A DNA stretch of 59,241 nucleotides, taken from Hydrurus foetidus. Lineage: Eukaryota. Shown one piece after another: positions 22,149 to 35,932 of the stretch; the stretch's first letter is position 1, and the number at the start of each line of letters is the position of its first letter. The translations under genes and the position numbers were made by a program. Below the pieces are notes generated by a model. The model did not search any database. It was not told the DNA's origin and saw nothing but the letters and a program-made list of their open reading frames with translations. The stretch spans positions 1 to 59,241 of the forward strand of contig UYFQ01000397.1 in assembly GCA_900617105.1 (NCBI GenBank), in the 5' to 3' direction.

Positions 22149-25100
22149 TTACGAGGCTTGACTAGATATCAGGCGGTACATTATGTCTTTCGCATATTTC
22201 AATCTTTTCGCAATGTCGGTCCGTCCTATCAAATATAGAAATTGAATTCAGAGACAGTTCAGGATCAACATCATCTGATTGGCACTCATCACGAACACAG
22301 AGACTTTATCTAATCCATCAATGTTGATCCCTTGCATTTCCCATTTTCTGAAATCGCATACCTGTTTGAAGAACTTCTTCCAAAGAATGTTCCGAACGGA
22401 CATTCTGCTTACTGACGTACGTCACCATACGCGCTTCAGAGGATAGCAGTACCTCGCTAAGGTTCGCAAAGAATAGAGAAAAAAATGTACAGTTAGGGAT
22501 TTAAATATTGCGAACGATTGTGAGAGTAGAGTATAGATCACATCCGTCATGTTCTGCGTTACCTTCGATCAAAGAAAAGAACTTGGACCGTTCTATTCGA
22601 TAGGCGGAACAGAATAGCATGACGAGTGCGAACCCATTTTTTAAGAAATGGCATTTTCAGTTCCGTTTCGACCCCTCCTGGTCCTGGCGGTGAGGAGCAA
22701 CACCCCATCAGAGCAGCGTTGCTCGACCGCAGAGTGGTGCTGCTCGACCCAAAGGGGATGGAGGCACTCGCACCCATACTGGCTCCTTCAAGCGCAGCTA
22801 TGGCGATGTTCTCCAAATCCTCCCTGCCTCCAGTCGCACTCCCATCGTCACCTTTCGATGCACCTAATTTGAATAGATGGAGAGACAATAAGTCATTCTG
22901 CAATGCAAGTGCGTTCTAATATCTCCAATATAATCTGCTCACCTTCTTTTTGCTGATCCACCAAATAATTTCTGAAGTGTCTCAAAAGAGTTACTTTTTT
23001 TTGAAGTTCTGAGGGATATTTAGAAATCAAATGGGTCTGAATGGAATGTTCCGAAGAAGTCGAACCCTTTTCTTTTCTTCTTCTTTCGCTGTATTGAAAT
23101 ACGGCACCATCGGGTGACACTACTATTTTCGTACTGTCGTTGAAGTACACTCCGGCACTGCCAGTGTTCAACAAAAACCCCAATCCGTACTTTGAGGTGT
23201 AGTCCACATACCTCACCACCCATATATTGGCCTTGTGGTGACTCAGTGACTGAGGGCAATGAAATATCTTACGACTCGGCCCTGGAGGGATTCACATGAT
23301 ATATTCAGGGTTATTTGATGCAGGTATACCACATGGCATAAGTGAATGATGAAGAGAGATTGGCTTTGCATAGCACACGTGACATGACATGCATTAACTC
23401 TTAAACACATTTTCTGAACACATATACACACGACACAATAAAGCGTATCAAAGCTTTCCCTTTTTTTTATGCGTATGTCCTTTCCTTCACCTGTTTCGAA
23501 TGCGTTGCCCTGTAAGGGCATGTCATCCAGTCCTTTCGATGCGAGCACTTCATGCATCGTCTCCAAGGTTCCAAGAGCTGATAAAAGTAATTAAAAGAAA
23601 AGAATGAAGACATGTTACTTAAATTGTTACCATAATTCATTGTGAACAAAATGTTAGCAGTTTCCTCCAGGTTATAGTGCGACATTGTCATGTACAAACT
23701 GTTGCAGTTGATGTTACCTTTGTAATCGTTCGAGGACATTATTTGATCACTTGGAGGGCTTAAGTGCATTTGTTCAGAATCGGAACAAGGCTGCATGGCA
23801 GCTCTGTCACACGCACCATTCCTATCGAACATCCCCTGGGGGGGACTGTAATAGGCTGTAGAAGAACAAATCAGATAGTCAGAGTAGTGCCGTGCATTTC
23901 ATTGATTATCAGGCATTGCTTCTAGAGGACTTACCAGGTGTTATGATGGGTGGGGGAGCTGCAAAGTGTCTCAGAACGTTCTGATCTTCTTCACACCACG
24001 CATCAGTAGGTCTCCTCCCTACCCCCGTGTCTCCTATTAGGGAGCGATGCCGCGATGCAACAGGTATAGATGTGCTCGGTTGAGCGCCTACGGAGACAAA
24101 TTAGTTGGTTATTCAGTGTTGCTATATCACTAGCTGCTCATGACGATTTTCTATTTGACGCGACAAGACAGAAGATGGTGCGGTTGTCACCTGATGACGT
24201 TTGGCCGTTGACCGTATTCCCGCCCAAACGGAACCACTCCAGCTCTGTCTGTAGGTACTCCATTTCCGTATAGGCTTGATCGACCTTACTCGCAGCGGTA
24301 GAGGACGATGAGGAGGAGATGGCCGCTCTCGCACCCACTGGTTCGTACGTACGGTGTGCGCCTATTCCTTTTGAAGAAGGAATGGGAGCATCTCGTGGCT
24401 TTTCGATAGGATAGCTAGACTTGCTCAGTAGTAAAGGCTTATTGACCGCTTGTTCTAGGGAAAGAGGTAGAGGGACGTCAGATGGAAACTTCTCCACATT
24501 GTAGACTTTGCTGTCTTGGAAAATATCCACTTTGCCGGTGTAAGATTTCTTATCAATTGCTGCAGATGATGTGGAAGAGATGCGCTCTCTTTTTTGAGGA
24601 GGCACTGACATGTGGGAGACAGTTTGAATCCCACCCGTAAGACCTCTAGATGTTACACCTGTGAGTGGATGAAGGGAAGGAAGGGGAGGTAAAGGAAAGG
24701 TCAATGCAGCACCTGCAAATAGATAGGAGGGATGGGAGGGAGAAGGGATATTGTGCGGGAACTATGCGATGCTGTGTTTGGTAGCCAAAGTGCAGGACAC
24801 AAATCTCAAACAACATCATGTCAACGTCACTTAAATTTAATAATTTATATTGACATATATTAGACTAACCTGGTAGGAGTGTCGTGACCGATGGAGCAGC
24901 AGTCGCACCTAGGGCCCTTGTCTGTATTGCTTTCAACAGTTCCGCTGGATTTTCCTTCGGTCTCAAGGCGTCCTCTGAAGCGCTGAAATAAAATAAATAC
25001 ATTGCAATTAATTCAATTAGAAATAATATAAGAAATTGTGTAGTATACATCTAATCTAAGTTGTTTATGTCAAGTACAAATCAGTCATGCAGTATTTCAC

Positions 25101-27211
25101 GATTTTGGATAATGATACAATGAGTTTATCTATAGACATGGAGTTGCCAAATGAGAGTAACGAGAAGAAAAAAAGATAGAAAAAGAAAAAGATGGAAAAA
25201 GAAAAAGAAAGTAAGAAGAAAAAAAGATAGAAAGAAGAAAAAAAGATAGAAAGAAGAAAAAAAGAAAGGATATTAGGGGCTACATCACCTACCTCTGCAG
25301 TCTAAATCCTCCTCCTTCTTTGTAGTCAGTTGTGAAGACTTTTTGTACCCTACTGGATGTCGGTACTTGGATTTTTTTTCTGTTGGCGTTTTGTGGATCA
25401 TTTTCATCTCCATATACTACATCTCCTAGAGTAAAATAAGAAAAAATCACACAGTTAGTAAGACAGAGGAGAGGCATCAATCCCAAGCAAGCGGGAGTAT
25501 ATGAGCACTGCGTAGTTTGATTATAAGTCATTTCCTAACGCTGTGTACAATTCTGTTTATTTCTCACCACAAATAAGTGCTTTGTCAGCAAAACTGTCCG
25601 TTGTGATACGTGGTGTATTAAACGTAGGCGGCTCTCTTAGAGCTGATTCCGGTAAGTGCGTGGGCGTGAATGCATTGGCTCTTGTGAAAAATGTGTGGTC
25701 CAGAATACCGTCTAACTTCGGTCTACTGGCAGGCTTGAGCTGTAGAATATTTTCATGAAAAAAAGGAAGAATGCGTCAAAATCGTCAAAATTGAAATCAT
25801 CAAACTGTAAATCAACATCTCTTCGCTATAAGAATAAGATGAAAAGTGGACAACGCGCAATGCTCTGTTTTGAGTGTATGTCCCACCTGCAGAATATTGC
25901 GCACCAAACCCTTGGCATGATCGCAGATTGGCTGCTGCGTATCCGGAAATGAAAAGGAGTTGGCGAGAATTCTTTTGTACGTAGATTTGACGTCTTTCGA
26001 CTCATAAGGTGGCTTGCCCACTAGTAAGGTGTAAATAATAACTCCAGTTGACCATACATCCACTTCAAAACTATGCCCGTATTTCCCCTGCAATATTTCC
26101 GGTGCTGAAGGAAAGAGAGATGAAGAAAAGACAAAAGTGAGAAATAGGTTATATTCTCCAAGACAAAAATTTGTGCAGAAAGACCACTTCACGAGTCTGC
26201 AGCTGCAAAGGATTCATGAAATTCTAAGAAACAATAATTGTTTTCTGTGGATTGTTACCTATGTAATTAGGAGTGCCGCAGAAAGTTTGTCTTCTTTCAT
26301 TGATATCCGCAATTTTAGTGGCCAACCCAAAATCTCCAACCTTAATTCTCATTTGAGAATCAAGGAAAAGATTTCCTAATTTAAGATCTCGATGAATTAC
26401 TAAGTTCTCATGAAGATACTTCAATGAGCTCACTAATTGTATGACGTAATATCTGATCTCAGGTTCGCTGAGTCTTTTCCTCCTTTTTAGCAGATCTGAC
26501 ATTGACTGAATACAATTGTAGTATACGTTCAATTAAGCGAAGTCATAATGGTATTGAGATCGAAACTGAAGGCATCTAAAACCATGCATTTCTTGGGTGG
26601 TTTCAGATTCATTGTTGTACCATTCTCGGTATTCGCATTACTTACATTATTGCTGCACAATTCCAGAAGCATGTATACATTGGTGTTATCTTCAAAGAAT
26701 CTCTCGAACTTGCAAACATATGTGTGACGTAAGACTCGATGAATCTTGATCTCAATCTGCAACTGTAGTCAATGAGAATCGGTGGGGGTTACTATCTTCT
26801 TCCCAGTAGAATATGATGATGATGAACATGTGTCGTTTTCAAGAGGAGGCAAAACAACTGCCACACCTTTTGCTTCGATTTGGGATTGACCAATGTACTC
26901 TTAGAAACTATCTTGAGAGCATACTGACGATTTGTAGCAATATTGGTGCCAAGATAGCACTTCGCGAAACCTCCCTGCATTGTGACACGTTTATGCAGAA
27001 GGTCGGTGAACCACGGGCGGACGACTGAACACTAGTGAATTAAAAGATTTACCTTCCCCAGCAGCTTTCCTGTCGCAAACTTGTTGATCATAATTCTACC
27101 GTCCCCATCTCTTCTTCTTTCCTCGATAACATCGGGAAGAATTTCTGCTTTTTCCTTCACTACTGGGTCTGCGGCACTCCTGTGCTCAAGTTGATTTGCT
27201 GTCATTACCAT
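22149..27211 (-). CDS. PLK1: Polo-like kinase, multi-exon
   Basis: Kinase motifs [26 protein letters not shown] and CGTPNYI|APE. Polo boxes [16 protein letters not shown] and [20 protein letters not shown]. The last exon ends [18 protein letters not shown] at 22149. Start at 27211 or 27205. Confidence 0.93.
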
Positions 27212-27639
27212 TCTACCGTTTGCAATAGAACGACTACTGATGAATTTTTGAGCGAGTTTCTGCACCGATCACGACTGTGGTCGAAAATTTTGTAGCGCTA
27301 CCCTTTCCTGATTCACAACGGTTACTACCTATGAAGATTCACAATGATCTTCAGCTCGATATACTGATGCTGACTGTGCTGCTCGTGGGACAAATTGGAG
27401 CTATACGCAATCAACGTCACAGGAAAAGCAGATCAGGTGTTTGCAACCGTTGATGATGTATGTATTCTTCGCCGATTTATCAACGAATACTAAAGATGAT
27501 AGATAATCATAACGACTCGAAGTGAGCGGTAGTATTATTTACGGGAAAGCAAAAAGCCAACAACGGCTCTTTCCTTGTGGGGAATTCATGATTTTTGAGT
27601 ATAGAAACGTTCGGAGTGCCAGCTTGTTTGATCATACCT

Positions 27640-27692
27640 GTACACCATACCGTCACCGTACACCGTACACCGTACACCATACACCGTACACG
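27640..27692 (-). repeat. Short degenerate (TGTACGG)n array, inverted relative to the long array
   Basis: The + strand reads ...CACCGTACACCGTACACCGTACACCATACACCGTACAC. Confidence 0.9.
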
Positions 27693-28243
27693 TTCCCGAC
27701 AACAAGCTTTAGAATGGACAATAGACAATATTGAGAGAGGAATTGAGTGACGTAGAGTTTTTACAACCACGTCTTCGACCAGCATTAAATCCTTACGAAT
27801 AGATTTCGGCAATAATGTCATTTGGTTCGGGTCGAAGAAGTCACAACGAAAATGATGAATATATCCCAGGGCAAATTTTACGCTTACTTCAACATAAAAT
27901 TTCAATCTCATTACCAGTTCGTTTTCTTGAACGGCGACAAGCATATTCAATACGACACATCTGACAGGATGTCGGCATAAATTTGATAACTCCAAGAAGG
28001 CGTTCAGAAGAATTTCCTGATCTCGAGAGCACATCCAAAATCCTTGAAAGATTGCCTTAAAGTAGCAATCTAAGCGTTTTATTTATGTATGGAGGACGTA
28101 AATGCAGTGAGTAGAGCGGGTTACAGTTAACAGTTAACAGGTGGGTGGTGGGTGGTGAGTGACCCACACTGTACGTGCACAATGTGGTTGTCTGTGTGTA
28201 CGAACGAACAGCTGAGGCGGCGGAGTGTACGAGGAGTTACAAG

Positions 28244-28499
28244 TGTACGGTGTACGGTGTACGGTGTACGGTGTACGGTGTACGGTGTACGGTGTACGGT
28301 GTACGGTGTACGGTGTACGGTGTACGGTGTACGGTGTACGGTGTACGGTGTACGGTGTACGGTGTACGGTGTACGGTGTACGGTGTACGGTGTACGGTGT
28401 ACGGTGTACGGTGTACGGTGTACGGTGTACGGTGTACGGTGTACGGTGTACGGTGTACGGTGTACGGTGTACGGTGTACGGTGTACGGTGTACGGTGTA

Positions 28500-28531
<32 letters not shown>

Positions 28532-28548
28532 GTACGGTGTACGGTGTA

Positions 28549-28582
<34 letters not shown>

Positions 28583-28602
28583 GCGGTGTCCGGTGTACGG
28601 TG
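28244..28602 (+). repeat. (TGTACGG)n heptamer minisatellite, ~51 units, continuing at 29583-29616 beyond the hAT insertion
   Basis: Perfect 7-bp units, with TGTCCGG/TGTGCGG variants near the right end. Confidence 0.98.
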
Positions 28603-29582
28603 TAGCCCCTGATAAAAACGGCCTTATCGACGTAAGGCCGTTTCTGAGTGGTAGACACCCAAATAAGGCCGGAAAAAAGTCTTTCGCGTATTTGGTCATG
28701 AAGACGAAAAGATTTTGGAATTTTGAGACGCGCGATGATTTCCATCTATGATTTTGCATCCGAATCTGCAATAAAAACGGTGCGACACGATGTCGACGTC
28801 ACTTAAACTTACAATGTCGATCTACAAGGTACTGCGCAACGCCAATCCAATTGCGGTACGCCGCTCACCACCGACAGCCAAAAAGTTTGCCGATGACGTG
28901 GAATCACTTGACCACTTTCTCCCCGAGGATATTGACATGATGATTACGGAACTTCCCCAGTATGTAACTATGGCTCAAAACTGGGCTCCTCCTGCCAACA
29001 ATGCCGACGAGCTAGATTCAATAGTTAGCTTTTGGCGTAATAATGGTAGTCAAATGCTTGCCTTGAGTAAATTTGTTAAGTATGCTTTCACCATTATAAC
29101 ATCATCCGCCGCAGCAGAGCGAGTTTTCTCTGTGATTAAGAGAAGCTTTGACACTGGCCAAAAAGGTGCATTAGAAGATTATGTAATTTTATCAACCATC
29201 ATGCAGTATAATAAAGTGAAAGGTGTACAAGATTCAAGAATAATATAATATGTTTCACGATTGATTACTTTCTTCTTTTTTTTCTCTCATCTCTTTTCTT
29301 TTTTTGTTTCGGGATTAATCAAGCGCACAAATCTAGGTTTTAAGCAAGTTTTTCATTTAGATTATGTTTTTTATTAAAATGCATTTTGCATATTGAGTTT
29401 TTGATATTATCAACATAATTTTGGACTTTTGAAAAAAAAAACTCGTTGTTGTTGACCAGGACGTCAAGACGCACATTTTGGCTCAATCAGAATTTCTAAA
29501 TTCGATTAAAAAAAAAGCCGGAAAAAAAGCCGGAAAAAAGCCGTTTTGAGGAATGAAATAAGGCCGTTTTTATCAGGGGCTA
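28603..29582 (+). mobile_element. Internally deleted (non-autonomous) hAT transposon, 980 bp
   Basis: Perfect 25-bp TIR TAGCCCCTGATAAAAACGGCCTTAT at both ends. 8-bp TSD GTACGGTG (28595-28602 and 29583-29590). Subterminal GCCGGAAAAAA repeats. Confidence 0.93.
28790..29248 (+). pseudogene. hAT transposase C-terminal dimerisation-domain remnant
   Basis: FWR...LSKFVKYAFTIITSSAAAERVFS matches the hATC pattern (W...L...SSA.xER.FS). The N-terminal domains are absent. Confidence 0.85.
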
Positions 29583-29701
29583 GTACGGTGTACGGTGTAC
29601 GGTGTGCGGTGTAAGGTGAGAAGTAAGAAGGAAGAACCAGAGAAGCAAAGGATGGATGCTCAAATCTCCTATCCTTCTCACCTCGCCAAAGAGGACTGAA
29701 A

Positions 29702-30243
29702 ATGACTGATGTGCCTGCGATGCCATCGCATTCCCCCGGGAATTCTGTCAGCGCATACGATATTTTGGATGTTGATTTCAACTGCTCTGTCGACTGCTTA
29801 AAGGCCTCTTACAAACGACTAATTCTAATACATCACCCCGACAAAAGTGGCGGCGACTCTGAGCTTTTCCAGAAAATTCAATCAGCGTGGAATCTTGTCA
29901 GTTCGTCAGAGAAGAGAAAAATGTATGACATGACATTGAATAGTGGTGCACTCCGCAGTTCCGAGGACCTCACCATAGATGAGTTCAGGGTGACTGCTGA
30001 TGGAGATTCATTTGTAAGATCGTGCAGATGTGGAGACTTTTTCGAGGTAAAATAAGGTGTATGGAACTTTCTATTCGTTTAACGGTGTTGAGGTGCTGGT
30101 AGTAAGAGAAGCCCACAAATTCTCACAATTTGATTCGTCTCTCTCTGCTGCATGTGCAGATCTCGAAGGTGGAGTTGGAATCAGGATTCAATACAATTCA
30201 ATGCAATGGGTGCTCTTTATACGTAACTGTGGCAGAAGGCTGA
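29702..30243 (+). CDS. DPH4: Diphthamide biosynthesis J-protein (J domain + CSL zinc finger)
   Basis: YDILDV...HHPDK J domain. CRCG is in exon 1 (ends 30046) and CNGCSL in exon 2 (starts ~30160, ISKVELESGFNTIQCNGCSLYVTVAEG*). Confidence 0.9.
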
Positions 30244-30801
30244 GCATGAAAGCTGTCGCAATTTCCACTATTTCCATTCACATCACTAAGAATGACGAGG
30301 ATGTCTGGCGCTTTTCGATATCTCCACACCTGAAGAAACGAGGAACTTTATAACTATGAATCTCTCGACTCCATCAGGAAGTTCTTGTAGACATCATGGC
30401 TTTCGCTGCAGATTTGCTGAAGAGTGTACGACCATATTGCTATCAAATGCAGAGTCAAGCGAGTGAATAATCGTCCTGCATATTGTACCGTTCTGGACCA
30501 CAGTTCAGCAGCACCTGGACTGGTCGTTGATTTCCCGAGCTCCTTGGTCATCTTCTTCACAGCTGTCATAACAGCTTATTTGGGAACCAGTTTTCTCAAA
30601 GCAAGGGATGGCTTTTAGGTCTCAGATTCGTAAATTTGCTTTCCTTCCCCGTATCTACGACTCAGGCTCTGAGAGATTTTCTATTGTACTTTTCTGAGTT
30701 GAGTCGAATTAACTTCTTCAACTGTATGTGACATGCTATCAGACTAAATATAAACAACATGAACATGAACACAGAAATGAAAATCAACAATGAAGTTTCG
30801 C

Positions 30802-32181
30802 TTATTTCTCAACCAGGGGAGGATTCTCGACCCCCAGATACCGTTTGCACGCCTCAAAAGTAGCGAAGCCTACCCCACCAAATAAAGCAGACATGAGAAC
30901 ACGAGCCTGAACACCCGCAAATAGTCCCCCCATTCCTTCTGTAGCTACTATTCTCTGCATGGCCTTGAAGACAGGAGTGCCGCTCGGAACCACACCGGTG
31001 GCGAGCCGTGTCTTCACTACGTCCAAAGGAGTAGTCACGATGGAGGAAAATGCACTTGCAAGTCCGCCAGACAAGGCATACTATTGTATTTATATTGAAT
31101 TAATAAAGAATGGGGAAGGAAGAGTCAGTTGCGGTGTGAGGACAAATTCAAACTGATGCTACGATAGATGATGATCTAAAAAACAGAAATATAACAACCC
31201 GGAATTACTAGCACTGAAATAGAAGGAAAGGAAAACGAGCTATGTGTCATTGCAAATATTCTCACCCCAACGCTCTCGAGTCTCTTGTCATCATTGTCAG
31301 CTTGGCTCTTTTTTACTATCAGTCGCAGTTCCTCGTATACTGTGAAGCGTATCTGTGGTGGACGCAGTCATTGGTTAAAGAAATAATAAATGATATCGCG
31401 AATAAAATTGTGCACTTACCACAGCACTAGGAATATTCCTCATCAGGGTCGCCCTGTAATTGGGATAGAAACCTTTCAGACCCTTTTTCTTCATGATGCT
31501 TTTGATCACCTCTGATACTGACACAGAGCTGCTACGGGAATCCATAAATGCGCTGTAGAAAGGACTCATTTTGACCCATGGAATGCTTCCGGTTTTGATT
31601 GCTTGCATTTGCTGCTTAATTGCATCTTTTGGAACGAAAACAAAGGACGACATAATGTTCCCAGATGCAGCAGCCAACATGTGAATGAGAGGTCTGCTTA
31701 ATTTGCTTTGAAAGTTGTCGAACATGAATCTCTTCGACGTTTCGTAGCTGCCAAAGTAAATGGCACTTGATGGAATACTCCCTAATACAGCCGCCCAAAA
31801 GCCAGAGTAGAGTCTGATTATACCTCCATTACCGTTTTGTAACCTAGATATTGCTGATTTGAATCCCTTGATGCTCTTATCTGTCTGCTGCATCGTTTTT
31901 ATTGTGTCTATAGGATACAGTATTGCGTTGGAGATTCCACCAGCTAAACCTCCTGCAGACAGAAAAGCATTTGGTGAACTGCGAGGTTGCGATTGCGGTG
32001 TTCATTAGAAGTTCTCAGACGAGAATCTTCTGATGTAGTCGTCATGAGAGATTGATGATCTACCTGCGAGAGGAAGCCTCAAGTCAAGAGTAAATCCGTT
32101 GGCAGAGGCACCTTTGTCTGCGAAACTCGATCGAAAATCTATAACTGCCAACACTATCATCACATAAAAGATAGATCTCAT
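30802..32181 (-). CDS. Mitochondrial carrier family (SLC25) protein, SAM-carrier-like
   Basis: Three carrier repeats PIDTIKT, PKDAIKQ and PLDVVKT, plus GSIPSSAIYFGSYE and RNIPSA. Splicing at ~32063/31954 joins a hydrophobic leader (MRSIFYVMIVLAVIDF...) to AGGLAGG. Confidence 0.88.
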
Positions 32182-33075
32182 TGTCTGAACGTATATTTTC
32201 ACTGTGTTGACTAATTTTTCAAACTCTAGAAGAGTGCCATGTGACGTGACAGCGGGGGATGTTGCGCTGTCCTCCACAGTCAGAAGGGCGGGAGTTCGTT
32301 GTGCTCTTAGTAGTTATCAGAGAATAGAAGTATTATCGAACGAAGAATGATCTGATTTGAAGATCTCTACGTTGGGAGGGTTAAATGTCGGATCCGATCC
32401 AAGGACCCTGGATCCTGGACCCCGGTACTGAAATTGTACCTCAACGTTGAGTTAAAAGTTGAAAATTTCAAGTTGTTGCGCGTTGTGATAGTTCAGTATG
32501 ACACTTCGAGCCCATTTCCACGGCTATGCAGAATTTCCAGCGGGCTGTTAGCTAAAGTCATCTTAGATTCGAATATCTTCTGACAGTAGTCAATTCTAGG
32601 CCGATACAGAAAAAAATGAGGAAATATCTGGCGGTTGTTTCTCGGACCTGGGACAGATACAGACAGAATTCTTCGAATATTTGCTTCAAATAACTCAGAC
32701 ATCATTTATGCTGATATGGGTCCAAGTAGGAGAGGCAGTACAGTAGAGTTGCTGAGCTGTAAGAAGACACTCGCCCTTGATTTCTCGATAATGTAATGTC
32801 CACCCTGAGGGGAAATTGTTCCGGAGAACGAAAGTTCTCGTTTCAGGGAAACGCAAGAGAAATACTTCAATCAGGACATTTAAGTTAAATGAGATCAGAA
32901 TGATGCTGTAGTAGATGTAAGGAAGAGCAAAATGGATTGTTGCCCTTCGCAATTATTGAGTGTTATCATGTAAGTACTCCGCAGATATCTGTCTGTGACA
33001 AACTGCGGAGGGTGGGAACTCACGCACATTGCTGCTGTCTCATCTTTGGCATTGATCATTGAAGACATTATGGTG

Positions 33076-35579
33076 CTACGCTGCATCCACTTTAAGAGCA
33101 GAGTAGTACTTATAAGAGTTCTTCAATCGAGATAGCCCGGGCAAGAAGTACGCTCTAGCGACAGCTGATGAAGAGCCAGCCGGATCGATCACTTTACGGT
33201 CAAATAATAGCCGGAAACGTACGTCTTCAGCCGGTATGCCCTGTTGAACTTCACTCATAATCTGAAAATAAGAATCTACTTCGTTTCCCCCTTCCTCCTC
33301 TTCGTCGATTTTAGCATCAATAATATTTGATAGTCTGGATCTCCACGAATTACCACCATTAATATGTGTTCGTGTTTTTGGAGACCTATTCGATGTTGCT
33401 TTATCGCTTCGACCATCCATGGAGACAACTAAGTAGTCACAGGAAGTCACATTAACATATCGACTTAGCTCCTCAGCATTCTGATCATTAAAAGTCTGCA
33501 ATGGTGGACCGCTAGTGCCGTGTAAAGCGGAGAAGTGTTGGGGAAGTTGGCCGTGAAAGTTTCCTCTGATGTACTCCAGTCGGGAATCTTTAGGCAAGAA
33601 AAAGTGTGTTGGGAAAGTGTACCACTCTCCACCGATGCATACAACTACGGGTGGAAGGTCAAATGCAGTCGGTATAGTAGCTCCAGGGTAGCTGTATGAT
33701 TCCCTTCGTCTCTGTGCGTCATTGGTTTCAATGTATTGCCCTAGCTTTGTCCACACAGACATGTACCCTGTGATGGATTGAAGAAACATTGTGAGTACAT
33801 ACTGTGTAGATACTACGAAGTGCAGCGAGAGTACATACATGATATGAGTACGTGCTTCGAGAACGTACTGTACAGTGAAAACATACAGTTATTAAAACTA
33901 GCGGTGAGTACACTTGGCAGTAAGTACATGCGGTACTATAAATACGTGCGGCAAGCTAGCACAGTAAACGAAGCTGTCAAGTGCTCGAGAGGAGTGGGGA
34001 GATGGTAGCTATGATGAGTACTCTACGCGACCTGACCTTTGAAGTTGATATGATTCGAAGCGCTCCGACTGGAGCACAGAAGAAATGCGATGAAGGTGCA
34101 CCCGCCAAACATAGCCTTTCTCAACATAGCAATGCTGGGAGATGGATCTCTCGGTCTGATAGTGGTATCGTGGGTGTCAGATTCTTCACTGTGTGGGATA
34201 TGGTCTGATGCCGATGCTAGGATGTTGCAGGTCATCTCTACAAACGCTGATAGCGAGAAAGCTGCCATAAATGCCAACAGCGGATAGACAGGGTAGAAGA
34301 ATCGTTCCTCCTGCACAGTAAAGGAGAAGATGATTACACAGGATGAAACGGGATGGAAAGAAACTTTGCTGGAATAAGATTGCATTTACTCAGTCGTGTT
34401 TTCTATACCTTATGAGGTCTCAAGAATAATATTGCCAGCCAAATAATTGCTGGTGCAATAAGAGTTACTTTCTCCATAGTCTTGCATGTACTGCTTCCAT
34501 TTGAATGGAGATATTCCCTAACAAGAAGCAACGGTGCTGTGACAGAGAGAGGCCATGCGATGCCCATATTAAGAGTCAAGTTTCTAATGTAGTAACTCAT
34601 CGGTTCAGTACCGTACAGTTCATCGCCACTTCCTCCTATCGCATTATACGCGAGAATGTTCCACGTAGGAAAGGTCCTATTTTCAGGTTGAATAGATACA
34701 GAGAAACATTTTACTAAATAACCACTGAATTAAGTCAAAAGTGGAGTTGGAGTATACGTATGATTGAAGGTGAGTTCATCACGCAGCGCATTCATCTGTA
34801 TACCTTCTGTTGTACATGTAGAAATCAACCGCAGCAGCTGATCCAGCCACTGACATAAGAATAATCGCGCCTTTAACGCAAAGACTGCATACGCACTTCA
34901 AAGCTTTGTACGTGGTGTTGTCTTCTGATGTTGCTACTTTCTTGGTGTCATCGCTGGTCATCTTGCAAGTTTCGGCGATTATATGCATTCCAAATGGAAG
35001 ATAGATAATCCCCACGAAAGGCCATCCAGACCAGAGCACTGAAATGCAACCAATAAGAATCACCAGCAGATAGCGACGTTGCAAAAGCGATGCGCAAGCT
35101 AACATAACAAGACTCATGATTACAGCTGATGGTAATAGTGCAGTCGAGGTGTACAGAACCCCAGAGGAGAATAGCATAAACAAGAGAGTCATGTCCCCCA
35201 CCGTTTTGCCGAAATTATCATAGATTGCTGAAACATAGAAAGTCTCAGACGTTGCTGCAAGCAATCCCAGTGAAATCCGTATCCCGTAGAAAATGTCAAG
35301 TTTTGAAAAATTTAATGATTTTAGAAGCGACCCCAAGGCTAAAAAAGGAGTTATAAATGTGTATGTTCGAATGGCATAAAAAGGACTGTACTCCCAGGTT
35401 TGCATGCCTACGCCATACAGCAAGTAATGAAGTGGCTCATAGTATCCGTAAGTTTCATCGGTATCATCAATATGATTTAAATTGCTCGCGATTAAGTTAG
35501 CGGCTACAAAAACTGAACCGATCGTCAGAAAAGGAACAACATAAACTCGGTTCCCAGTGGCAGCACGTAGCGATGTCAT
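33076..35579 (-). CDS. ALG9: Dol-P-Man alpha-1,2-mannosyltransferase (GT22)
   Basis: IDDTDETYGYYEPLHYLLYG.G.QTWEYSP.YAIR, GWPF, PHK|EERFFYPVYP and VCIGGEWYTFPTHFFLP...FHGQLP across several exons. Confidence 0.93.
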
Positions 35580-35932
35580 CTGCTCACAGTGCACGAGAAA
35601 AAATGTACGAGAGTGTTGCAATTATTGTCGCAGTTCTAGTTGAGTTTGAACTTCGAACAACTTCTTCTCAAATCGAGCTTTTGGTTCTTGGTGGGGCGGC
35701 TTCGAGAATCGACGGCTAAATTCTACGGGAAACGGTCGACCGTTTCGGTTTACCACTTCCCTCTCAACTCGACTCTCAACATTGTGTTGCCAGTTCCAGA
35801 GTTGCCAACTCTGAATGATTGTTGCCATGAATCATGAATGATGTTGTCTCTCAGCTCGCAAGTTCTAATAGCTCTTACTGAAATAGAGCTGCAATCTACC
35901 TCATAGCTGATCTTGGAGCCAGAAATCAATCG

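Noticed and set aside
25160..25270. Purine-rich GAAAA repeats
   Set aside because: Low-complexity sequence within a PLK intron.
28244..28602. CRISPR array or genuine telomere
   Set aside because: There are no spacers or cas genes and the context is eukaryotic. The array is interstitial. Its resemblance to the GGTGTAC core of some budding-yeast telomeres has no further support.
28127..28771. ORFs with HRTPYTV / TVYGVRC repeats in several frames
   Set aside because: They are a by-product of a stop-free 7-bp tandem repeat, with no evidence of coding.
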